Assembly (NCBI GenBank): GCA_947053645.1
Contig: CAMRTM010000003.1
Location: 16,232 to 80,231, forward strand
DNA: 64,000 bases
Direction of reading: 5' to 3'
Origin: an uncultured Bacillota bacterium
GTDB lineage: Bacteria > Bacillota > Clostridia > Christensenellales > UBA1242
Position numbers and translations under genes: made by a program. The notes under the pieces were generated by a model. The model was not told the origin of the DNA and searched no databases. It saw only the letters and a program-made list of their open reading frames with translations. Below, in pieces: positions 47,535-56,125 of the stretch; position 1 is the first letter of the stretch, and every line of letters begins with the position of its first letter.

Positions 47535-48566
47535 TTATTTATTTCTAATAAAATATGATCCTAAAACTGCACTGGTGTTCCAAAGTCCTGTTAGGAAACC
47601 GGTTCTAGCAATTGTGATAGCGGCACGTGTTAGCCCCATATGTATGTGAAGTCCATGTGCCAAACTAGCCTCAAGTCTAAAGAACCCATTTCCACTGCCA
47701 AATCGAGCAAAAGTGAAACTGCCAGATTTTGAACCAAACATAAAGGCGGCTTTACTATTTTTAAGATTTGGAATGACTCTTTGTGCCCAGTTGGTTTTTC
47801 CAAGCAAGCCCAAGGCCTTCCCAGCTGCACCAAAGATGGCTCCAGAAATTGCTCCAGTGGCAGCACCAATCAATGCCTCAGTCCCAACTTTCTTCCAGTC
47901 AATGTTTTCATAACCAACAGTAAGACCTTGAGAGATTATGTTGACACCTGCACCTATTACAAGTCCCGTTAACGCACCTGTTACAGCACCTCCAACAGCT
48001 CCACCAAATATAGTCGCCGCAATGCCTCCGCCTAGTGCACCTCCAATTGCTGATGCTATACCAGCCGTAGCAACTGTTATTGCAACTACGGCGACAATAG
48101 TTACGACCGCTACTACAACTGTTATTAGCCACTTTAGCCATTTTGGTAGATCTCCATTATCATCAGATGTGTTAATTGGATTATTGAAGCAGTAACAGTA
48201 AAGGTTAAGCCCATTTATTACATCTTTTGTGGTATCAAGATTGCTAATATCATCTGCATTAATGAATCTGCAAATTTCAGGGTCGTAATATCTACTATTT
48301 AAGTAATATAAATTGGTTTCAAAGTCATAATAGTAACTACGATATCTAAATGGATTTTTAAAAGTAATAAATGCATTTAGATTACTAATATCATTATACT
48401 TAAAATCATCATCGATTGCAACAAAATCATAAATTGTTTTACCATCATTTGTGGTTTTTTCGCCCCAATATTCCAGTTTCTGATTTCCCCATGCATCATA
48501 TGTATAACGAGATATTTGTTTACCAGTTGAATCATATATGCCAATTATATCATTTTGAGCATTTTT
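47535..48566 (-). CDS. Orphan rhs C-terminal cassette 1 (core-end fragment + Gly/Ala-rich hydrophobic toxin domain)
   Basis: I traced the frame codon by codon. It is open from 48566 (after a TAA) to 47535 and has no ATG/GTG/TTG until the TTG at 47873. Reads ..NDIIGIYDSTGKQISRYTYDAWGN..RYYDPEICRFINADD..NNPINTSDDNGDLPKW, then a TM and Gly-zipper region. Confidence 0.75.
   Translation of the reverse strand, partial: KNAQNDIIGIYDSTGKQISRYTYDAWGNQKLEYWGEKTTNDGKTIYDFVAIDDDFKYNDISNLNAFITFKNPFRYRSYYYDFETNLYYLNSRYYDPEICRFINADDISNLDTTKDVINGLNLYCYCFNNPINTSDDNGDLPKWLKWLITVVVAVVTIVAVVAITVATAGIASAIGGALGGGIAATIFGGAVGGAVTGALTGLVIGAGVNIISQGLTVGYENIDWKKVGTEALIGAATGAISGAIFGAAGKALGLLGKTNWAQRVIPNLKNSKAAFMFGSKSGSFTFARFGSGNGFFRLEASLAHGLHIHMGLTRAAITIARTGFLTGLWNTSAVLGSYFIRNK
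48331..48566 (-). repeat. Homology block shared by orphan cassettes 1 and 3
   Basis: Aligned by hand with 44821-45056 (offset 3510): 12 mismatches in 236 nt. Weaker similarity continues for ~70 more nt. Confidence 0.8.
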
Positions 48567-48621
48567 TTATAACAATCTGCTGTAGGTGGTTTTTATATAT
48601 TTTGTAAATATAATTAATATT

Positions 48622-48650
48622 AAAAAGCAAGGGGGATACCCTTGCTTTTT
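48622..48650. terminator. Hairpin terminator after the main rhs-immunity pair
   Basis: aaaaagcaaggg-ggata-cccttgcttttt. Confidence 0.8.
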
Positions 48651-48674
48651 AGGTTCGCTGTGAAGTGAATTGTT

Positions 48675-49049
48675 TTATTGATGGCTTATTTTAATTAATA
48701 TTAACTGAGTGATTACAACATAGAGAATTTCTAATCCTAGAATTGAAAGAGTCACAATAAATGCAATTTCTAAGGAGTTTTGTAATAAACAAAGTAATAA
48801 AATATCAGTGATTAAAGTTAACAAGGAAAGTAAATATCCCATTATTTGCATAATGTATAGCGGTATTGCCAAGCCTTCTGAAACGGGTATACCGTCAGGT
48901 GCTCTGAATAAGAACCTGAATTTTTTAATTTTTTTGCACCTAAAAGCGCCGTTATTAACTCCTGACTTAAATTGAGAGAATACTGGTAAAGCTGCTATAA
49001 AGAATATAAACAACGTTATACATATTCCCATTATTATTTTATCACCCAT
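48675..49049 (-). CDS. Multi-TM small membrane protein, candidate cognate immunity of the main RHS toxin
   Basis: 124 aa with 3-4 TM segments. Starts 14 nt after the rhs stop, with GGAGG RBS. Confidence 0.55.
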   Translation of the reverse strand: MGDKIIMGICITLFIFFIAALPVFSQFKSGVNNGAFRCKKIKKFRFLFRAPDGIPVSEGLAIPLYIMQIMGYLLSLLTLITDILLLCLLQNSLEIAFIVTLSILGLEILYVVITQLILIKISHQ

Positions 49050-49063
49050 ATGTTACCTCCTAT

Positions 49064-52000
49064 CTATTTAATATTAAATTTATTTAATGCCCAATTTATA
49101 ATATTGTTAAGAAAAGTAAAACTGCCATATGTTATCATTGCCCCAGTAAACATTTTAAACATTTGTTGTCCCACAGCCGCTGTCATTTTATTGGTAACTT
49201 GCGTTAGTGCTGATTTCATCCCTTGTGCTGTGGCGTAATAAGTTCCTGAGGCTATTCTATTCTGAACAGCTTTTAAGCTCATTGCGGCCTTTTGGACATT
49301 ATGTGCAGAACCAACAGCTTTTGCGTTTTGTGTTCCTGCACCAGCAATCAGACCTGAGACTCCGCCAACAACCACACTAATTCCGAAACTTATCCAATTT
49401 ATTTCGCTTAGTGACGCTCCACCTATTAATTGTGAGGCAAAGTTAGAAATACCACCAATACCTGCACCAATTAGCATTGAACCTATTTTGGAAATCCCAG
49501 ATACACCAAGTAATCCAGTTATTGCTCCGACTCCAATATCTAAAGCAAATTGTCCCCAGTTTAATTCTCCGTTAAAGATGGCTTGTGAGCCTAATGATAC
49601 TCCTGCACCAATCGCTGCCCCTACAAATGCCGCTCCAACTAGGCCACCAGTAAATATAGAGCCAACGACTAGCCCTACGACAATAAATCCTGCCAGTAAC
49701 CATTCCCACCATTTTGTTGTTCCAAATGGGTCAGTAAAATATATTGGATTATTCCCACAGTATGCATAAAGATTTAAACCGTTGAGTGACTCGGCATCAA
49801 GATTACTAATGTCGTCAGCATTAATGAATCTGCAAATTTCAGGGTCGTAATATCTACTATTTAAGTAGTAAAGATTGGTTTCAAAGTCATAATAATAACC
49901 ACGATACCTGAAAGGATTTTTGAAAGCAATGAAAGCATTGATTTCACTAATATCATTATACTTAAAAGCATCATGGAATACAACATATTCTTCGATAATT
50001 TCTCCATTTTCTTTGATGTTTTTGGCCAAATATTCAGTTTTTACATTTCCCCAGGCGTCATAGGTGTAGCGAACAATTTGTTTTCCATTAGAATCGTAAA
50101 TCCCAATAATATCATTTTGCAAATTCTTCTTATAGAAGAAATCAGCATCTACAATATTGTTTTTCAAATGGAAACCAGTTATGTCATCAGCTCCGTAGTA
50201 GAATGTAAGGTCATTACAGCAGTCGTGTTGTTTAATAATTTTTTCACCATTAAGGAAGAATTGAGTAGTAAAAGGTTTTTCACAAAGACAATCTTCTGTG
50301 CATTCACAATTAGCACCATTAAACTTGAATCGAGGATGGTCAGTATAAATGGTTTTACTTGTTCTAATTCCGTTTGCATTGTATTTGTAGTCAACTAATT
50401 GACCAATAATTTTATTGTTTTCATCTTTAAGTACATCAAATGCATCAAGTTGTCTGCCATTAGACCAATCGAGTTTCAAGTCTTTATATCTTGTTGGATT
50501 TCCAAGTTCATCATACTCAAACTTTCTACCATTTAACATGATAAGTTGATCTCGCCAGCCAGAAGTAGGGTATGAGTAAACAAAAGGAGTGGATTCAATT
50601 GTATCTAAATTGCCTGTTAATGTAAAAGGATATTCCAATCGTTGAGTGATATTATCGCCAGCATCATATGAGTAAACAGAAGTTTTTCCTATTTTCTTAT
50701 TATCTTCACGAATGATGCGGGATAGTCCATCATATTGATAACGTGCGATCAATTCATTATTTATTCTGACCTCAGTGATATTACCTTTACTATCATATGA
50801 ATAATGCATATTTTCGTTGGCTTCGCTTTTACTTGAAAACTTGATATTAGAAATAAGATTTGATGAGTGGTCGCCAGATTTCAAATAATTATATTCTTTA
50901 TTTATATTACCACTTTCAATTTGTTTCACTCTGCCAAGCTTATCATATTTGATAATTTGTTCAATTTCATTAGGAAGCAGAACTCCTTTAAGTTTGGGTT
51001 TAACTTCGTTTGAATAATTGTAGTTATAGAAAAGCTCCTCATCTTCAATAGTTATAGTGCTGTTTTCTACATTTGAATGTTCATCATCATAACAATTTTC
51101 AACTAGAACCTTTTTACCGTGCTGTTTTGTTTCTTCTTTGTAAGTATTACCAAATTTATCAATAAAAATTTTACTGATTTTTTCTTCAGCAGTTCCATCT
51201 TGGTTATAGATAAGTTCTTTTACAAACACTAAGTTTCCATAAGTATCGTAAATGTTTTGAGAAACTAGCCTTTCAGCAGGGCTTGGATCCTCATCAGTTG
51301 GTTTAGGAGTAAAATATGTTTCAACAACATTCCCATCATCATTGAGTGTTTGTCTAAATGTTTCTTGATTTGCAAATTTTGTGATTTCATTTTTGATAGT
51401 TTTATTACTAGATGTTGTATCATCTTCAATTGGTTCATCAATATACTCTTTGACAAGATATTCATTGTTTGCGATTGAGATTCTGGAAATATCTCCATCA
51501 GAATTATAGTCATAATCAACTGAGAAATCATTGTGTTTAAGGCTAGTTAATGTATCAAGATAATAGCCATACGTATTTGTATTTTCAATTCCATTAATTG
51601 TTGATGAAATCTCAAGTAGATTGTTGTCTGGGGTATAGCCGTAACTAATTTTAGTGCCATCTTCATATGTCTTTGACGTTATTATACCAGTACCTTCAAT
51701 GTACTCAAGCTTTGCTCCATCAAAGCCTAACTCGTTAAGCTCTTTTGTAGATTTACCTTTTTCATCTAGGCAACTTTCTTGATAGAATTTAGAAGAAGGC
51801 TCATCCTTGTTATAGGTTATAGATTTTACAACTAATCCTTGTTCATTATAAGTATTTTCATTGACAATACCATCGCAATTTGTTGTTCTAATTAAGCTGC
51901 CTTGTTTATTGTATTCATAAACTATCTCAAGTGGTTCTGCTCCCGACTTGTTAATTTCCGATTTCTTGTAAATCAATTCCTTCGAGATTCTTGTAGAGTC

Positions 52001-55000
52001 ATCTTCGTATTCAAATTTGGTTACCCATTGGGAATGTGCATTTGATTTTTCTACAAGACGGGTTTGTTCATCATAGATAGATTCCTCAAAATCGGCTTCT
52101 TTAAATTCCAAATCAGTAAATTCAATTTTTCCAGTATTGTTTGAATAATCAATTATGCATTTAACTTCTGAGACAATTTTATCTGAATTGATGTAAATAG
52201 GGACAGAACAGAATTGCCAATCAGTGTTGCGCCAATCAAATGATTTCTTTTCAATCTGAGGTTCATTATCATTGAGATAGGTGACTTCAATCCTCAATTC
52301 AAATTTTCTTTTTTCAAGATAGGTTGTAGGTGTTTTATCTTCTATATTTTCTTTTTCAGCAATATAAGCAGAATTTGCTTTTGCCCAACCAGACAACATA
52401 TAGGCTTTATGGTTGCAGTCCTTATATGAAAGATTTATCTTGTTTTTCATTTTTTTGCTCATATACACTTGCTCAAATTTGTTGATAGAATTGTCATCTA
52501 GAGAGTGGAATTTTTCACAAATTTTATATGAATATGGTATTGTATCAGCTCCACAATAAGTATTACCAAGATATAGTGCATGCTTAATGGTCCGAGGCTC
52601 TTTAAAACATTCATCACTCAATAAATTCTCAGAATAAGGGAGTTGACTAATTTTGGCAGAAGTTTTGTTGTTGTGATAGTTAAACTCTGTTGCTCTGGAG
52701 CAGTTATCCTCCGAATTTTGTTTAAAGTTATTTTCATACATTGTACGAACTTTTCCAAGATTATCAAAGATATAAGTAATACTTTTATTGTTAGATGTAA
52801 TTGTGGTTGACCTAAGATTGTTTTTTCGAATGTAGGTGGTTTTACCCGTATTTTTCTTTTCTGCAAGAATAACATTCTCATCTGCAAAATCATCAAAAGT
52901 AAGAGAGTTTTGATATTCAATGTCTCCGTTTTTGATTTCAGTAATAATGGAGAAATTCTCTATATTCAAGTCTACAACATTTCCAGATTCACTAGGAATA
53001 AGAGATTTGTTTATAATTACACCAAATCCAGATTGGTCTACCACTAATTGCTTGTCTTTATTGGTAAGAAAATAGTTGCTTTTAGAATCATTAGTATGTG
53101 TAATTTGGAACAATTTGTCGTTAGGGGTAGCGAACTTTACAATTCTATCTTTGCTATCAATAATTGACTCCAAAACAGAGTAATCATTATTATAATTAAA
53201 AAGAATTGTTTTATCTGCAGAATCGGTAATTGATTCGATTGTATTTGAATCAAAGTCTTTATATTTGATAAATATTGTGTTCTCATAAGGGTCTGCAATT
53301 AAAATTAGACGGAACAGATTATTGTTGTCTATTTTTGCTTTGCCAAAACCATAAATAACATTTTCATCGTTATATAAATAATGAATAGGGGATTGAATTT
53401 CAAGAAGGTTTAGTTGATTTTGATACTTTTCAAGTTGTTCGTTGCATTCAGTTAAGAGTTTGTTATTTTTATTAATAGATTTTGCCAAACTTTCAAGTTG
53501 TAGATCAATAGAGATGATATCTTTAAGAGAAAGGATAAATGCATTTTTAATCTCATTTTCGTTATTAGAGAATGTCTCTGGATATTTGAAGCTCTTATAA
53601 ATAGAACCAAGATCTGATATTTCTATTCCAAGGCGAGATAATTCTTTACCAATTGTTTCCTTAAAAGTTTGTTCTTCTATATCTGTATAGTAAAGATTTT
53701 TATTTAAAAGATAAGCTTCTTCTTGAGAATCTAAAGTGCTCTTAAATGGATCTGGATTTTCGCTATCCCAAAAACCAAGGGAATATATAAATGAAGATTC
53801 ATTAGAAATAATGCTTCCAAGGATGACTTGATCTTCAGAGATTGTGTATGATCCAGCGGCTCTTCCACCGACGCCACCACCACCGCCACCACCGCCAGAG
53901 CTTCCACCGAAGCCACCGCCACCAGGAGCTGAGCTACCATGTTTCAAACAATTATCATAGACTTTTAATATTTGAGAATAGGTGAGGGGATTCTTTCCTA
54001 CAAGATCCTTTGCTGTACTATTATCGCTTCCAGTTTGAAGTCGATATAGTCTATTATTTTCAGAACAAATCTTTCTAATGATTTCAATTTTTCTTTGAAA
54101 AGCGAGCATATTACTTTCATTTTGAACTGATTCTTTTTGACTATTAAATTGTTGTTGAAGAGCATTTTTAGTTAGTACATAAAGACAGAATTGCTTTTTA
54201 CTACTTTTTAAGCTGTTTTCAATATCTTCTTTATTTCTATCTAATTGTTTGATTTGTTGTCTTACGTTAATCACTTCTTCAGGTTCATAGTCTACTAACT
54301 TAGATCCGTCAATATCTTTTATAGAAGCTACGAGTTTAAGACCAGATGGGGCTTCAAGTATGGTGTGTACTTTTTTGTTTTCATACATCAAATCTCCATT
54401 AGGGCTTACGCTTAATTGTCCATATTCCAGAAAATGTTTCTCTTTATTTTCAATGTAATAATATTTTTCTTCAATTAACTGATTTTTTCCATTTCCATCA
54501 ATATATGTAAATCTGAGCCTGTTTGTAGAGTCGTCTTTTATGAGGAATTGTTGAACATTAAGTCCCCAATTGTCAGGTAAACCAGTGGTTGGCATTAACT
54601 CATTTTTTACTGAATTATAATGTGCAGCGATAGAGAGTGGCAACACATTATTATCTGAAGAAACAAGTGGAACAGACAAAGCAACCTGTTGCGTGGCTAA
54701 GTCTATTGATGCTGAACCTGCTTTGCCTAAATCAATGTTGTGTGAACTTCCATTGGCTTGAAACTCAGAAAGTGAAATATAATCAATGTTGAGCTCGCTA
54801 TCTTCAAGTTGAAGATGTTCTCCAGTTAATGTTTTAAAGAGAAGTGTTATTTGACTATAATTATTGTCCAAACAATATTGAACTTCATCACTTAGGTTTA
54901 GTGTGAGAATATCAACATCATTTGAGGCTTCAATGGAGTCAACATTCCACCTATCTGATTCATTTGGCTTGAAGTCTATATCAAACCTTGTAGGGAGAGA

Positions 55001-55132
55001 TTCAGTTTGAACTATTTTAAGGTTCAAATAAGCATCTACAACTTTGATGTTCTTAGTAAGATCTTCTAGTGGAATACTAAGAGTGTTTTCGCTGAAAACA
55101 AATTTCTGCGAATTAATTGTAACATTTTTCAT
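49064..55132 (-). CDS. RHS/YD-repeat polymorphic toxin (2022 aa) with Gly-zipper/hydrophobic C-terminal toxin domain
   Basis: Dozens of YD-type repeats (..YxYDxxGN..), e.g. YEYNKQGSLIRT, YSYDSKGNITEV, YQYDGLSRIIRE, YSYDAGDNITQR. Core end FKNPFRYRGYYYDFETNLYYLNSRYYDPEICRFINADD..LYAYCGNNPIYFTDPFGT. The ~240-aa C-terminal domain is rich in G/A/I/V. No signal peptide. Confidence 0.9.
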   Translation of the reverse strand: MKNVTINSQKFVFSENTLSIPLEDLTKNIKVVDAYLNLKIVQTESLPTRFDIDFKPNESDRWNVDSIEASNDVDILTLNLSDEVQYCLDNNYSQITLLFKTLTGEHLQLEDSELNIDYISLSEFQANGSSHNIDLGKAGSASIDLATQQVALSVPLVSSDNNVLPLSIAAHYNSVKNELMPTTGLPDNWGLNVQQFLIKDDSTNRLRFTYIDGNGKNQLIEEKYYYIENKEKHFLEYGQLSVSPNGDLMYENKKVHTILEAPSGLKLVASIKDIDGSKLVDYEPEEVINVRQQIKQLDRNKEDIENSLKSSKKQFCLYVLTKNALQQQFNSQKESVQNESNMLAFQRKIEIIRKICSENNRLYRLQTGSDNSTAKDLVGKNPLTYSQILKVYDNCLKHGSSAPGGGGFGGSSGGGGGGGGVGGRAAGSYTISEDQVILGSIISNESSFIYSLGFWDSENPDPFKSTLDSQEEAYLLNKNLYYTDIEEQTFKETIGKELSRLGIEISDLGSIYKSFKYPETFSNNENEIKNAFILSLKDIISIDLQLESLAKSINKNNKLLTECNEQLEKYQNQLNLLEIQSPIHYLYNDENVIYGFGKAKIDNNNLFRLILIADPYENTIFIKYKDFDSNTIESITDSADKTILFNYNNDYSVLESIIDSKDRIVKFATPNDKLFQITHTNDSKSNYFLTNKDKQLVVDQSGFGVIINKSLIPSESGNVVDLNIENFSIITEIKNGDIEYQNSLTFDDFADENVILAEKKNTGKTTYIRKNNLRSTTITSNNKSITYIFDNLGKVRTMYENNFKQNSEDNCSRATEFNYHNNKTSAKISQLPYSENLLSDECFKEPRTIKHALYLGNTYCGADTIPYSYKICEKFHSLDDNSINKFEQVYMSKKMKNKINLSYKDCNHKAYMLSGWAKANSAYIAEKENIEDKTPTTYLEKRKFELRIEVTYLNDNEPQIEKKSFDWRNTDWQFCSVPIYINSDKIVSEVKCIIDYSNNTGKIEFTDLEFKEADFEESIYDEQTRLVEKSNAHSQWVTKFEYEDDSTRISKELIYKKSEINKSGAEPLEIVYEYNKQGSLIRTTNCDGIVNENTYNEQGLVVKSITYNKDEPSSKFYQESCLDEKGKSTKELNELGFDGAKLEYIEGTGIITSKTYEDGTKISYGYTPDNNLLEISSTINGIENTNTYGYYLDTLTSLKHNDFSVDYDYNSDGDISRISIANNEYLVKEYIDEPIEDDTTSSNKTIKNEITKFANQETFRQTLNDDGNVVETYFTPKPTDEDPSPAERLVSQNIYDTYGNLVFVKELIYNQDGTAEEKISKIFIDKFGNTYKEETKQHGKKVLVENCYDDEHSNVENSTITIEDEELFYNYNYSNEVKPKLKGVLLPNEIEQIIKYDKLGRVKQIESGNINKEYNYLKSGDHSSNLISNIKFSSKSEANENMHYSYDSKGNITEVRINNELIARYQYDGLSRIIREDNKKIGKTSVYSYDAGDNITQRLEYPFTLTGNLDTIESTPFVYSYPTSGWRDQLIMLNGRKFEYDELGNPTRYKDLKLDWSNGRQLDAFDVLKDENNKIIGQLVDYKYNANGIRTSKTIYTDHPRFKFNGANCECTEDCLCEKPFTTQFFLNGEKIIKQHDCCNDLTFYYGADDITGFHLKNNIVDADFFYKKNLQNDIIGIYDSNGKQIVRYTYDAWGNVKTEYLAKNIKENGEIIEEYVVFHDAFKYNDISEINAFIAFKNPFRYRGYYYDFETNLYYLNSRYYDPEICRFINADDISNLDAESLNGLNLYAYCGNNPIYFTDPFGTTKWWEWLLAGFIVVGLVVGSIFTGGLVGAAFVGAAIGAGVSLGSQAIFNGELNWGQFALDIGVGAITGLLGVSGISKIGSMLIGAGIGGISNFASQLIGGASLSEINWISFGISVVVGGVSGLIAGAGTQNAKAVGSAHNVQKAAMSLKAVQNRIASGTYYATAQGMKSALTQVTNKMTAAVGQQMFKMFTGAMITYGSFTFLNNIINWALNKFNIK

Positions 55133-55171
55133 TTTCTTATTCTCCTTTTAATTTTTTAGTTACAATTCAAT

Positions 55172-55233
55172 TATAATTCCCAGAAATTCTCATGCATTCT
55201 AACTTTTGCTAATCCTTGCTAATTCGTGCTAAT
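55172..55233 (-). promoter_or_regulatory. 62-bp leader with four phased 10-bp repeats (copy B, upstream of the rhs gene)
   Basis: Reverse complement reads attagcacgaattagcaaggattagcaaaagttagaatgcatgagaatttctgggaattata. Ends 39 nt before the rhs ATG and overlaps the last codons of the sigma-like gene. Confidence 0.75.
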
Positions 55234-55605
55234 ATTGGGTTGCATTTTAGATGTTATCAATATTAGTTGGTTTAATGCATCGCTATGTAACTGATAAATT
55301 CGCTTTGTTGAGAAGTGAATTTTATCAGCGATTTGGTCAAATGTAAAAAAGCTTATATATCTCATATATAGAATAGTTCTATAAGGTTGTTGAAGTTTTT
55401 GTATTAAACTTTCAATATATTTCTTCCTTTCTAGAATTTTCTTAATTTCTAATTTTTCAGTTTCTTTTGTATCAATTAAAAATGCAGAATCGTGTTGATT
55501 CATAGTGAGTTTATTGAATAATTCAACCTCTTTAAACTTTTCGGTTAAGTATTGATTATCAAACCAGTAACTCTCAAAGAGTTCTTTCAACTTTTCCCTT
55601 GTCAT
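55219..55605 (-). CDS. Small sigma-70 region-4-like protein / phage late-activator-like regulator
   Basis: C-terminal ..YRTILYMRYISFFTFDQIADKIHFSTKRIYQLHSDALNQL is a region-4-type HTH, as in small phage sigma/RinA/ArpU-like activators. ATG at 55605 has GGAGGTGG upstream. Confidence 0.55.
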   Translation of the reverse strand: MTREKLKELFESYWFDNQYLTEKFKEVELFNKLTMNQHDSAFLIDTKETEKLEIKKILERKKYIESLIQKLQQPYRTILYMRYISFFTFDQIADKIHFSTKRIYQLHSDALNQLILITSKMQPNISTN

Positions 55606-55719
55606 TTCCACCTCCAAAAGTTTTACTATATGTAAACATAATATCAAATGTGTAAACAAAAAATCAAGCAAAAAGTTGTTTTTTTTGTATAAATGTCGAT
55701 TTATGTCTAAAAATTTTTG

Positions 55720-55729
55720 TTAACAACTA
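55720..55729. promoter_or_regulatory. Perfect palindrome TTGTTAACAA in the divergent promoter region (candidate XRE operator)
   Basis: Lies between the sigma-like gene and the XRE gene, about 18 nt upstream of an extended -10 (TGGTATAAT at 55747-55755). Confidence 0.35.
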
Positions 55730-55780
55730 GTAAAATTTTTATTATTGTGGTATAATACAAATAATAGGAGATGAAAATTT

Positions 55781-56125
55781 ATGTTTAAACATAAACTAAG
55801 AGACCTTAGGAGAGAAAGAAAACTTACTCAAGATGCTCTAGCAAAGCTTTTGAATGTTGGCAAAACAACAATATGCTTTCTAGAAACGGGAGTTCGTGAA
55901 CCAAGTGTTGAAATGTTATTTAAAGTAGCGAAAGTGTTTGGAGTTACTACTGATTGGCTTATGGAAGATGACTCCATAACAATAAAAGAAAGACCACAAG
56001 TAAATACGGTTACTATAATTGGTAGGGGTGGAACATACACAACAATTCAATTGAAAGATGATGAAATTAACGAATTGAAGAAAATTGCGCAAGAAATGTA
56101 TGACAATGATAAAAAAGACAAATAA
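55781..56125 (+). CDS. XRE-family repressor-like HTH protein
   Basis: LRDLRRERKLTQDALAKLLNVGKTTICFLETGVREPSVEMLFKVAKVFGVTTDWL is a canonical HTH_3 domain. Confidence 0.8.
   Translation: MFKHKLRDLRRERKLTQDALAKLLNVGKTTICFLETGVREPSVEMLFKVAKVFGVTTDWLMEDDSITIKERPQVNTVTIIGRGGTYTTIQLKDDEINELKKIAQEMYDNDKKDK

Noticed and set aside
47908-48195. Cys/Arg-rich 77-aa minus ORF and Pro/Ala-rich 85-aa plus ORF
   Set aside because: They are alternative-frame readings of the Gly/Ala-rich region of orphan rhs-CT 1. The frame homologous to the RHS core end is the one I traced codon by codon.
53731-53940. 69-aa minus ORF and other small ORFs listed inside the rhs gene (e.g. 49488-49769, 49973-50398, 51265-51531, 52618-52920)
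   Set aside because: They are shadow ORFs nested in, or antisense to, a 6-kb gene with a clear YD-repeat translation.
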